Shown here: positions 39,136 to 49,039 of the stretch, piece after piece
Layout: every line of letters starts with the position of its first letter
How positions within the stretch are numbered: the stretch's first letter is position 1
Origin: an uncultured delta proteobacterium
GTDB taxonomy: Bacteria > Desulfobacterota > Syntrophia > Syntrophales > UBA5619
Length of the DNA stretch: 64,000 nucleotides
Reading direction: 5' to 3'
Assembly (NCBI GenBank): GCA_963817385.1
Contig: CAWFOM010000005.1
Coordinates: forward strand, 32,001-96,000
The notes under the pieces: generated by a model
Database searches by the model: none
Told to the model about the DNA's origin: nothing
Seen by the model: only the letters and a program-made list of their open reading frames with translations
Translations under genes and position numbers: made by a program

Positions 39136-42100
39136 TCAAGGCGGTGTGATCGCACAGCCCTGAGCCGATTGGGCCGATGGATTGCCCGAGGAATCTACGG
39201 CGGCAATGGTATAACAATATGAGTTTTCAGCGAGCACCGTTGCATCCGAGAAAGTCGTTCCCGTAACCGTCTGCAGGGATGTTCCATTCCGGTATATTAT
39301 ATAACTGACAGCGCCGACGGATGCTGACCAGCTTACATCAATCCTCAGGGACGACATTGCCGTCGCCGTCACACCAGTTGGCGGCAGGGCCGTCGGTGGC
39401 GCCGCACCCGCCGTACCGCAGGCGGGAGCGGATTGGGCTGATTCGTTGCCTAAGGCATCCACGGAGGAGATGGTATAGCAATAACGCGTCGCAGCTTCCA
39501 CATTCAAATCAACCACTTGAGCGCCTACTACTGACACGAGGGGTATCGTCTCCCCATTCCGGTATATCAAATAATGATCGGCGCCGGCGGATGTGGTCCA
39601 GGTAAGAGTGATCTTCGGACCCGCCCCCCCCGCTACCGCCAGGTTGGTCGGCGTCGGCGGCGGCGCCATCGCACCCGTCGCAATGCAGACGGCGGCCGAT
39701 TTGGCCGATACATTCCCCGCGCCGTCCTCGGCGGCAACGGTATAACAATACACAGTACCAACCCCCACCCCGGTATCCGTCGCCGTCACTCCTGTGGCAG
39801 ACAGCTTGAGCGTCCCGTCCCGGTAAATCCGATAGACGACGGCGCCGGAGGATGCGGACCAGTTCAGCCTGACCTGCGGACCCGCCAACAATGTCGCCGT
39901 CAGACCGGTCGGCTTCGGCGGAGGCGCCGCTCCACCCGTCGACGTGCAGACCTGGGTTGACTGTTCCGATTCGTTGCCCGAAACATCCTCGGCGGAGATG
40001 GTGTAGCAATAATTGGTTTGCGGATTCAGTGCGGTGATGTCAAGGCCGATATCAAGCGCCGTCACCGCCGGGGCGTTGACCGACAACGAGGGTGTCACCC
40101 CTCCGTCGCGGTATATATTATACTTAGCTGCACCGGCGGACGCAGACCAGGTCAGTCTGACCGTGGGGGGCGGACCCGCCGATCCCGCCGCCGTCAGGCC
40201 GGTCGGCGTCGGCGGCGCCGTAAGTTGCGTCGTGGCGCAGACCTGAGCTGATTTCGACGATTCGACGCCCGCCGCGTTATTGGCTGAAACGGCATAACAA
40301 TAGAGCGTATCGGCCAACAAACCCGAATCCACGGTCGAGGTCGAGACGACGGACTTGAGGAGGACAAGGCCGAGACCGGCGTCCTGGTAGATGCGATAAC
40401 CGGTCGCCCCGGGCAGGGCCGTCCAGGAGATCCGGATCTGCGACGGCGAAATCGCCGTGGCGGTAAGACCCGACGGAGGCGATACAAAGGTCGAATTGCA
40501 GACGGTGCCGGTGAACGACGATTCCGTCCCCGCCGCATCCACCGTCCTGATCTGGTAGCAGTACTGCGCGCCGCTTGAGAGGCCTTGTGTCGAAATAGGT
40601 GTTTAGCGCGGCGTTCGCGATATTGATCCCGTTTCGGTATACATGGTAGTGGTTTGCCGTCGCGGATTTCTGCCAGGTGATCGTCATCTGGGACGCGGAG
40701 ACGGGCGTCACCGTCAGATCCACATAGCAGGACGTCGACGTCCCGAAAGGACTGGGATTCCCCGGCGGGGCGACAGTCGGGCTGGTATAATCGGGCGCTG
40801 CTCCCGGCAGGTCGAAGGTCACCGAGGCGCTGGCAGTGCTTCCCTTCAGGTCGTTGGCAAATGCCTCCAGTTTGACGTTGACCCAGTAGGCATAGTCCCG
40901 TGCATAGACGACGCTCACGGTGCCGTGGCCGGTGCTGTCGGTGACGGCGGCGGTCACCGAGGCGACGTTGCCCGGATCGAGCCGGTTGTTGCCGTTCTGG
41001 TCCTCCCCGGGATCGAGGATCCCATTGAAATCATAGAGCGGATTGTGGGTGATACCGTCCTCGTTCGCGCAGGCGGGAATCCCGGGAAGCGTGGATGATG
41101 TCGCCACCAGCGTCGGCACTTGCTGCCAGGCCGTCGCCCCCGCGGGAAAGATGTAGTACCCTTTCTTGTAATACAGGGGTGTCACGGTCGCGACAACCGT
41201 CGCCCCCACAACAGGGTTTCCGGCGGAATCCGTCACCAGGGCGACATAATCCTGCTGGTACTTATTCGGATCTATCTTTATGATCGACGGACCGGAAGCC
41301 AGGGAAATGAACAGGGCCTTTTTGGCGACCGTGAGCGTCGTCGTTGTCGTGACTGTGGGGGTGTGTCCATGACCGATGCCCGGATGGTGACGCCGCCCAG
41401 ACCGCCGGTCGAGGCGCCGGCGATGAAATAGGTGCTGGCCGTTCCGGAGCTGTCGGTGATGGCGGAGGCCGGGGTAGAGGCGTCCCCCGCTTACGTCGTT
41501 GACGATCGTAAAGGTGACGGTCCTGTTTTTCACCAGATTATTATTGGCGTCCCGCACCGTGGCCGTGATCAGGCTCTTCTCGGTCTCCGACCCGCCGCTG
41601 TTCGTCCCGATGGTGGCCGGACTGGCCTTGAGGTCCAGTGAACTCACCGTCGTCGCCACGAACTCCACGGCGACCTGCGCGGTGGGGCCGCCGGCAATGG
41701 AAGCCACCAGCACGGCGGGGCCTGAATTCGTTGAAGAGACGGTGACCGTCGCCCTGCCGTCGGCGCCGGTCGTCGCAGCGGAGCTGCTCAGGGCGCCGCG
41801 CGTCGTGAAAAAGTTGACGGTGACGCCGGCCTGGGGAGTGGTTCCGCTGATATACTCCACCGTGACCGGTTGATTTGTCTTGATTCCATTCGTCTCGATC
41901 GGTATCTCGGTAACCCCCGACGGCGACGGGGTGAGAAACGTCAATATGGCGGTGTTCACCGTCAGGTCGAAGTCCTTGGTCGCGCCGATCGCCGAGGCCG
42001 TAATCTTATCTGTCCCCCCTGCCGTCGCCGTGAAATTCACGGTCACCTGGCCGCTCGCATTTGTCACATAGGTGGCGGCGCTCAGGGTATTGCCCTTCAG

Positions 42101-42637
42101 GGAGGTTACGGTGATGGTCTTGCCGATAATACCGGCGCCCGCGGAGTCCTTCAGAAAGATCGTCAGGGGGGTGGAGTCGCCGAGCGACAGGGATACAGCC
42201 CCGCTGACGGACAAGGTCGTTCCCGTCACGGTCACGGTATTGGCGGTGCTGACGGAGCCGGTCGCGGCGGTCAGATGAATCACCCGGTTTGTCGGATTCC
42301 CGCCGGTGCTCAGGGTCGCCGTCGCCGAGCCGTCGGCCCCGGTTGTCCCACCGTTGGCGACCACTAATGATCCGGAATCGGCGATGAAGGAAACCTCTTT
42401 CTCCGATAACGCCCGGTTGCTGCTGTCTTTGACGATCGCCGTCAGGGTGACTGTGGTGGCGCCGTCTGAATTGAGCTGCGGATTGCCGACAAGCAGATCA
42501 ATGCTCGCCGCCACGGTCGTTCCCGGGGGCGGGGCGGGTTTGTCGCCGCTGTCGCCGGCGCCGCATCCGCTTAACAGGATCATGCCGAGAATACCGATCG
42601 TCACAAGCATTACCGAGGATCTCTTCTTCATCATCAC
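39136..42637 (-). CDS. Large (~1165 aa) lipoprotein with Ig-like (Big_1) repeats and six fibronectin type III domains; frameshifts at ~41473, ~41358 and ~40585
   Basis: Lipobox LLSGC; Thr/Val-rich repeats TGADG.AT; ORFs 40277..42637 and 39136..40542 join on removing one A at ~40585; FN3 pattern W..Y.IYR.G..D..L..YCY. Confidence 0.85.
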
Positions 42638-42673
42638 CCGCTCCTTTTTTCACCTGCATCCCGTGGGATGAGT

Positions 42674-43057
42674 TCATAATACGGCGCAGACGTCCTTGCT
42701 TTGCGCTGATTCCTTGCCGGAAGCATCGCGGGCGGACACCTTGTAGCAGTATCGCATCTTCGGCTTCAGGCCGGTATCCGTCATCGATGTCGCCTCCGTA
42801 GTTTTCAAATACGCTCCGTTTCGATAGATCTTATACCCTTTTACGCCTGTGTCGTCGGTGGAGGGTTTCCAGGAAACCTTCACCTCCGATGAGGACACCG
42901 CCGTGATGGCCAGGCCGTTGGGCACGGTCGGCGGCATTGTGTCCGGCCCCTTGCCGCCGTCGCTCCGCGTGCAGCCGGTGAAAATAAAAATGGTCAATAA
43001 GAGAATGAACAGAACGGCGCACTTCTTTTTCCGAAACACAAATGGCTCCTTCTCCAC
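42674..43057 (-). CDS. Small lipoprotein with one FN3 domain
   Basis: Lipobox FTGC; DTMPPTVPNGL...WKPSTDDTGVKGYKIYRNG...YCYKVSARD. Confidence 0.82.
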   Translation of the reverse strand: MEKEPFVFRKKKCAVLFILLLTIFIFTGCTRSDGGKGPDTMPPTVPNGLAITAVSSSEVKVSWKPSTDDTGVKGYKIYRNGAYLKTTEATSMTDTGLKPKMRYCYKVSARDASGKESAQSKDVCAVL

Positions 43058-43169
43058 ACCTGCGACGATGCGTCGCTCCGCATTCCCTATCCCTCAAAAC
43101 CGGACGGGGACCCGCCCGCCGGTGGTACTCTCCTGAAGCGCCGTCACCCCACGGGAATGGGATCCGCGC

Positions 43170-44891
43170 TTATGGCTCCTCATTGATGATCCGCGGGGTA
43201 ATGAACACGAGCAGCTCGCGGGTATCCTTCGTTTTGGTCTCGTACTTGAACAGCCACCCGAGCAAAGGAATCTCCGAGAGCCAGGGAACCGCGTCCTTTG
43301 CGAAGGTCTCCGTCGTCTTGAAGACGCCTCCTACGACGATGGTGTCGCCATCTTTCACAACAATCTTGGAGGTCACGCCGCTCGTGTTGATGGCCGGATT
43401 CCCCTGGATCCGTTCGGTGGTGTTGTCGATTTCCTTGTTGGAGGCTTCGATTACCATGGAGATCCGCTCCTTGTCCGCGGTTATCTTGGGCGTCACGACC
43501 AGACGGAGGTCGGCCTCCTCGTAACGGACCGTGGGCGGGTTTGAGTTCGTCCCCGGCGTCACGACGGGAACCTTCTTCCCCTGCCAGATCTCGGCCTTCT
43601 CATTTTCCAAGGTCGTCACCTTCGGCGAGGAGATGATCCGGCCGTCGCCCGACCCTTCCAGGGCGGAGAGCTTGGCGTCCAGGATGAACTGCGATGAACC
43701 CATGACGATGCCGATCCCCGGAGTCAAGGCGCCCAAACCTGCGCCGACAACGGAGGGGAAATTCACAGCCGTGTTGCTTTTGGTCAAGCCGAGCCCCGCG
43801 GGCAGGCTGGTGATATCGCCGGTGGATGAGTTGCCCATGAGCGCCCCGATGTCCCGGCCGCTCCAGATGTCCTTGTACCCGTACCCCCAGCGGATCCCCA
43901 ACTGACGGGTAAAATTCGTATTCACCTCGACAATCTTCGCCTCAATGGAGATCTGCTTGAGCCTTCCCTGTTCCACGTTCTGCTTCTGCTCGCGCACCTT
44001 CCGCTCATCTTCGGACTTGATCTGCGCTGTTTCGACGTCCCTGCGGTCGGCCTCGTCCTTTTTCTTCTGGGCGAGGGTGATCACCTTAATGACGCTACCC
44101 TCCTGCTTCTTTTCGAGCCCTTTAAGTTCGAGAACGGTGTCGAGTGCCTGCTCCCAGGGGACATCCTTCATATGGATGGTCACCGTCCCCTTGACGTCAT
44201 CGCCGGCAACGATACTGACCTTCCCGATCTCAGATAACGTGCGGAAGACTGCCTTATTGATATCGGCATCCTGAAAATCGAGTGATATCCGGGAACCGGT
44301 ATAAACCTTCTTCTCTTTCCCGGTGTCCGCCGCCATGGTCTTCGCCGCATTCTTCTCCGGTTTTATGGATGTTGTTGCCGGTGTTACGGAAGCCACGGCC
44401 GGTTGAACCGCGGGAGACGGTTTTCCCGGGACAGGCTCTGCAGACGATGCCGCGGCGGCCACATTAAAATCGATGAGGACATTCATCCCCTCCTGCCGAA
44501 CGCTGTATGGTACCTTCTGCTTCAGCTCGATCGTCGCAAGAATCCAAGATCGGCCATCGGCCGATTTTTGAACGGGTGTTACCTGAACCACATTAGCGAG
44601 AGCCGCATCGCCGAGGGGGCGGCGGAGCCCCTCGGGAACGAAGAGGTTTTCCAGGCGAACCACAATCGCATTGCCCGGTAGATTCTCGACCGTCACCCCG
44701 GACTGTTTTGACACTGCAAAGGTCACCCGTTCCTTACCCTGCAACTTCTTAAAAGTGACGTTTTCCAGGTATCCGGTCATCGGTGTGGATGTATCCGGTC
44801 CCATGGGTGGCGCAGCCCACACCGGAGGGATGGCCGCCGTCATGATCAACGCTGAAAAAACAAGCCATTGCCATTGTATTACCCGTTTCAT
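43170..44891 (-). CDS. pilQ: Type IV pilus secretin PilQ
   Basis: YTGSRISLDFQDAD, DVPWEQAL, QISIEAKIVE, VPWLSEIPLLGWLF, ELLVFITPRI. Confidence 0.93.
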   Translation of the reverse strand: MKRVIQWQWLVFSALIMTAAIPPVWAAPPMGPDTSTPMTGYLENVTFKKLQGKERVTFAVSKQSGVTVENLPGNAIVVRLENLFVPEGLRRPLGDAALANVVQVTPVQKSADGRSWILATIELKQKVPYSVRQEGMNVLIDFNVAAAASSAEPVPGKPSPAVQPAVASVTPATTSIKPEKNAAKTMAADTGKEKKVYTGSRISLDFQDADINKAVFRTLSEIGKVSIVAGDDVKGTVTIHMKDVPWEQALDTVLELKGLEKKQEGSVIKVITLAQKKKDEADRRDVETAQIKSEDERKVREQKQNVEQGRLKQISIEAKIVEVNTNFTRQLGIRWGYGYKDIWSGRDIGALMGNSSTGDITSLPAGLGLTKSNTAVNFPSVVGAGLGALTPGIGIVMGSSQFILDAKLSALEGSGDGRIISSPKVTTLENEKAEIWQGKKVPVVTPGTNSNPPTVRYEEADLRLVVTPKITADKERISMVIEASNKEIDNTTERIQGNPAINTSGVTSKIVVKDGDTIVVGGVFKTTETFAKDAVPWLSEIPLLGWLFKYETKTKDTRELLVFITPRIINEEP

Positions 44892-45502
44892 GGTTTCCCC
44901 TCTTCTTCCTTGTGCAGCATTATGGGAATTCGCCGGATCTCTGCTTTCCGGACTTTTTTTGTCTGGTCTTGGAGCAGTTCCTCGACGATCACGCGATCAA
45001 GCAGGATTGAGGCGACCCGCCCCCCGTTCGGGCCAATATAAGTTCCCACAAACAGGGGATAGTATTTTTTCGCAACGCCATCTTCCACGATTGCCATACG
45101 CCTCTGGTCGTCACCGGCGATCCCGACGAGGCGAAACTGCCCGACCTCCGCCTGCTGGAGCGGTGAGATGGGGAACTTCTTTACGGCCGCCTTTTTCTTC
45201 AGTTCCTCTTCCTTCTTTTTTTTCAGAGCAAGATCCAGTTCGATGAACGGAACAAATGGGTCCGCCTTGCCCGCTGCCTGATAACTGTACGTGGGTGACG
45301 GCGTCGGTGCAGCGGCGGGTACTGAGGCGGCGGCGGTCCCGTCCGATTTCGCTGCCGGGCCGCCGGGGCTGACGGTCGCCGGTGCAGGCGGAGGAACCGC
45401 CTTCACTTCAGCAGCCCAGGACCAGGCAGCACCGGTCCCGCCTGTGAGTAAAAACATCAGGACGCCTCCCCAAACAACCTGTATGGCACGCCGTTTCATC
45501 AT
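44888..45502 (-). CDS. pilP: Pilus assembly protein PilP
   Basis: DPFVPF, SPLQ, LVGI, VGTYIGPNGGRV; position in operon. Confidence 0.85.
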   Translation of the reverse strand: MMKRRAIQVVWGGVLMFLLTGGTGAAWSWAAEVKAVPPPAPATVSPGGPAAKSDGTAAASVPAAAPTPSPTYSYQAAGKADPFVPFIELDLALKKKKEEELKKKAAVKKFPISPLQQAEVGQFRLVGIAGDDQRRMAIVEDGVAKKYYPLFVGTYIGPNGGRVASILLDRVIVEELLQDQTKKVRKAEIRRIPIMLHKEEEGKP

Positions 45503-46164
45503 TTCTTGTCCGCAAACATGTAGGTTTTCACCGTGCAGGATGTCTTGATGACACGCCCTCGCCCTTTAACGTTCTGGGCATCTCCCATAGTAATGTCTTC
45601 AATGTTGACAATCCGGGACAGGCGGGCCACCTGCTCGAAGAAGGAAAGCGTATTATGGAATCCTCCTGCCACCTGCACTTTGATGGGAATTTCATTATAA
45701 AACTTCTCGGGTTCCGCTTTTTTCGGCACCGGAGTCTTGGGATCGTTCGGCTTGGATGCCGGCGGTTGGGGTGCGCCCGGTTTCATCTCAGGGGCCTTCT
45801 TCTCCGGCGGCTTCGGCTCAAAGAGCAGGAAATCTACCCCGGACCCCGTCCCCGATTGGACCACCGCAGCCAGAAGTCCCGCGATCTCCCGCTCATTGGG
45901 AAGCTTCAGCAACGCCACCTTGAAGGACTCTTTGAGTGCACTGACCTCACGGATATACTTGTCAAGCTGCGCCACGGTCCTTTCCTTTTCTACAATCTGC
46001 TGCTGCAGATCGGCAAGTTTTGTTTCGAGGGCCATCTTGTTCTTCAGGGCGCCCTGAAGGAAAAACATGTAATAGAAATAGCCGATCAGGATGCAGACCA
46101 GGGAGATAATCAGTACCTTGAGGTTTAGAGGGAGTTTCTTCAGTTCATCGAGATTTATGGCCAT
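45499..46164 (-). CDS. pilO: Pilus assembly protein PilO
   Basis: N-terminal TM, LPNEREIAGLL, FYNEIPI, LSRIVNI. Confidence 0.9.
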   Translation of the reverse strand: MAINLDELKKLPLNLKVLIISLVCILIGYFYYMFFLQGALKNKMALETKLADLQQQIVEKERTVAQLDKYIREVSALKESFKVALLKLPNEREIAGLLAAVVQSGTGSGVDFLLFEPKPPEKKAPEMKPGAPQPPASKPNDPKTPVPKKAEPEKFYNEIPIKVQVAGGFHNTLSFFEQVARLSRIVNIEDITMGDAQNVKGRGRVIKTSCTVKTYMFADKK

Positions 46165-46167
46165 GGT

Positions 46168-46716
46168 TTACAATCCCCTTTTTATCGCACACATCAGGAT
46201 GAACTGCTGCAACTTCACACCGGCCACGTCTTTTTCCTTGGAGACCACCAGATCGACGGACTTGATGAAACTGGCCTTTTCCAAATTCTTCATGAAAAGG
46301 GCCACGGTACCGTTGTCCTTGGCAACTCCTTCGATGCGCAGATCCTTTTCCGTTTCGATGATCTTATCCAGCCAAGCATCCTTCGTAGGAAGCATCAGGT
46401 TCAGTTCATCCAGCATCTGGACCGGGAAAAGCCGGTTACCCTCCAAGGATGCAATCACTCCTAATTTCTGCTCCAGCTCTTTCTTATCTCTTTTGAAACC
46501 TTCGATATCGCCCACTTTTTTGTTCAGAACAGCAATCTTGGCCTCCCCCGTCCGGATCTTCGTCTCGAGACTGCCAATAGTCATGCTGAAGTAGAGGTAG
46601 ATGGCAGCAAGGATCAGGAAAACCAGAACCAGAACGCCGGAGAGGATGAACATCTGGCGCCGGAGATTCTCCTTTTTCTCCTTTTCCCGATAGGGAAGAA
46701 GATTGATCCTGATCAT
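46168..46716 (-). CDS. pilN: Pilus assembly protein PilN
   Basis: MIRINLLPYRE motif, TM segment, coiled coil. Confidence 0.92.
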   Translation of the reverse strand: MIRINLLPYREKEKKENLRRQMFILSGVLVLVFLILAAIYLYFSMTIGSLETKIRTGEAKIAVLNKKVGDIEGFKRDKKELEQKLGVIASLEGNRLFPVQMLDELNLMLPTKDAWLDKIIETEKDLRIEGVAKDNGTVALFMKNLEKASFIKSVDLVVSKEKDVAGVKLQQFILMCAIKRGL

Positions 46717-47792
46717 TTGTCACCAACCTTCCGCAGAGCGAGACCCACACTGACGGCGGCAATGGGACCAATACGCTCCACCGCCTCCTTTTTCAGGATT
46801 TTGGCATCGCAGGTGATCTTTTTGAAGGGATTGATGATTTCCGTTTCAATTGCCAGCCGTTGGGCCAAGTTGGCAGCAATGCCGGGGATCAGGGCCCCAC
46901 CGCCGGATAGGAGAACATGCTTGACGGTTTCCGAGCCGAAGGTCGAACGGAAGTAGTCGACCGATCGTTCGATCTCGGAGCAGATGGGATCGGCATAGGC
47001 GATCAACCCTTCCCGGAAGATCCGCCGGGCCTGTTCGTTATCACCGAAACCATCAACCTTGGCCTTTTCCGCCTCCTCAAAGGAGACGCCCAGATTCTGG
47101 GCGATCGTCTCAGTCACGGAATTTACGCCGAGGGTAAAATCCCGGGTGAAGATCGATACCCCGCCCTTCACCGCATTGAGATTGGTAATGCTTGCCCCGA
47201 TATTGATGAGGACGGCGACATCGTTTTCTTCGAATTCATAATTCTCTTCGTACATGGTTTCGAGAGCAAAGGAATCGACATCCATGATCACCGGAACGAG
47301 GCCCGCCGCTTCAATGACCTCCGTATAGCCTTCGATGATCTCCTTCTTGGCCGCCACAAGGAGAACTTCCATTTGGGTAGGATTGTAGGGGTTATCGCCA
47401 ATGATCTGACAGTCGTAGTCGACCGTGGCCATGTCGTCGAAAGGCAGATACTTCCCCGCCTCATCATGGATGAGTTCCCGCAGTTCATTCTCATCCATCT
47501 GGACAAAGGTGACCTTCTTCACGATCACGGCGTGTCCGGAGATGGAGGTGACGATCATCTTCCGTCTGCACCCGGACTGTTTGTAGAGTTCCTTTATGGT
47601 TGCGATTAGGATTTCCGGCTCCACAACGGCGCCGTCAACGATAACCCCCCTGGCCAGGGGCATTTGGAAAAAGCGGCTAAGGACGCGACCTTGGGGGGTA
47701 TCCTGTATCTCCGCAATCTTGATACTGCTCGACCCGATGTCCAGTCCGGCGAGCTGCTTTCCCCCCCCCAATAATCCCCCGATGTCGAACAT
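46713..47792 (-). CDS. pilM: Pilus assembly protein PilM
   Basis: GLDIGSSSIK, LLVAAKK, DVDSFAL, LSGGGA, VGLALR. Confidence 0.93.
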   Translation of the reverse strand: MFDIGGLLGGGKQLAGLDIGSSSIKIAEIQDTPQGRVLSRFFQMPLARGVIVDGAVVEPEILIATIKELYKQSGCRRKMIVTSISGHAVIVKKVTFVQMDENELRELIHDEAGKYLPFDDMATVDYDCQIIGDNPYNPTQMEVLLVAAKKEIIEGYTEVIEAAGLVPVIMDVDSFALETMYEENYEFEENDVAVLINIGASITNLNAVKGGVSIFTRDFTLGVNSVTETIAQNLGVSFEEAEKAKVDGFGDNEQARRIFREGLIAYADPICSEIERSVDYFRSTFGSETVKHVLLSGGGALIPGIAANLAQRLAIETEIINPFKKITCDAKILKKEAVERIGPIAAVSVGLALRKVGDK

Positions 47793-47850
47793 GAACTCAC
47801 CGTATTAAGCCAAGTACGCGGATCCCGCCTATCCAGCGGCAGCGGAAATC

Positions 47851-48117
47851 TTATCGCGCTGTCCGATAAACCAGATCCCCCTTTTTAACCATGCCGAGTT
47901 CGCTTCTCGCCATCATCTCGATATAAGACGGATCATTCCGTAGCAGCGTGATGTTCTTTCTTAATGCAATATTTTCAAGAATCGTGCCATGATTGATTTT
48001 TTTCAGGGCCATCAGTTTTTCTTTCATCCGGTAGTTATCAATGAGCCCCCTGTCCCCGAATGTGATCAGGGTACCCATGAGCAAAACAAAGACGATGAGA
48101 TATCTGCCTACCTTCAT
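47851..48117 (-). CDS. ftsB: Septum formation initiator FtsB/DivIC family
   Basis: TM, FGDRG, leucine zipper, YIEMMARSELGMVKKGD. Confidence 0.8.
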   Translation of the reverse strand: MKVGRYLIVFVLLMGTLITFGDRGLIDNYRMKEKLMALKKINHGTILENIALRKNITLLRNDPSYIEMMARSELGMVKKGDLVYRTAR

Positions 48118-48336
48118 CCCGATGACACTTCTCCGCCAATATAGTGACGCATTGACCGAAATGCGCCATAGATATATACAAAAAAAAAAAGTTGTGCAAG
48201 AGTTTATTATGTTAATTATGCGAATACCTTACTCTTAACCTTTAAAGCCCTGTTTTCCGCGAAAATTCCGATCACTATTTTCGTTGTCAAGATACCGCCA
48301 GATTGTGTCTGAAGTCAAGGATAATTAAACATAACT

Positions 48337-48354
48337 ATGTGAACTATTTCACAT
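48337..48354. promoter_or_regulatory. CRP-/Rex-type palindromic operator
   Basis: ATGTGAA-CTAT-TTCACAT (perfect TGTGA-N6-TCACA). Confidence 0.6.
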
Positions 48355-48562
48355 TTCACACGTGATACTCATTTCCGAAGGGATCCGCAGCGGAAAGACT
48401 GCGCCCGACACCGGCAACCCCGCTCCGTCCGCATTCCCTAGGGAAAAATTATGACGAGCAGAAGGTCGGCGACGGACCGGAAATTGCCTTTTTTATGAAT
48501 GTTTGGGTGAAAAATGTATCGATTGTGACGGGAACTTATTTCCTAGGCTCTCTCGCAGAGAT

Positions 48563-49012
48563 TTACTTGGTATGGCCGAACCCGCCACCGCCCCGCTCCG
48601 TCGGAGACAACGCCTCGCAGACCGCCCAGTGCACACGGCAGATCCGGTGCACCACCATCTGGGCGATGCGGTCTCCCCGCCGGACGACAAAGGGCGCCTG
48701 ACCGTGGTTGATCAGGATAATCCCCACCTCCCCGCGATAATCTGCATCGATCGTACCCGGGGCGTTGAGAAGGGTTACGCCGTGGCGCAGGGCCAAGCCG
48801 CTCCGGGGGCGGATCTCGGCCTCATACCCTTCGGGAAGCTCCACCGTCACGCCCGTCGGTATCAGCGCCCTTTCCCCGGGAAGGATCGTTACCTCAGCCC
48901 CGACCGCCGCAGTCAGATCGGCCCCCGCCGCTTGTTTAGTCATGTAGCAGGGCAGGGGCAAGTCCTCCGTCCCGGGCAGTCGCCGGATGGGGACCCGGAG
49001 CTCTTCTATCAT
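48563..49012 (-). CDS. dut: dUTP diphosphatase
   Basis: [35 protein letters not shown]. Confidence 0.96.
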   Translation of the reverse strand: MIEELRVPIRRLPGTEDLPLPCYMTKQAAGADLTAAVGAEVTILPGERALIPTGVTVELPEGYEAEIRPRSGLALRHGVTLLNAPGTIDADYRGEVGIILINHGQAPFVVRRGDRIAQMVVHRICRVHWAVCEALSPTERGGGGFGHTK

Positions 49013-49039
49013 ACCTTTCTCCCGTTTGAGCCGAAGCCG

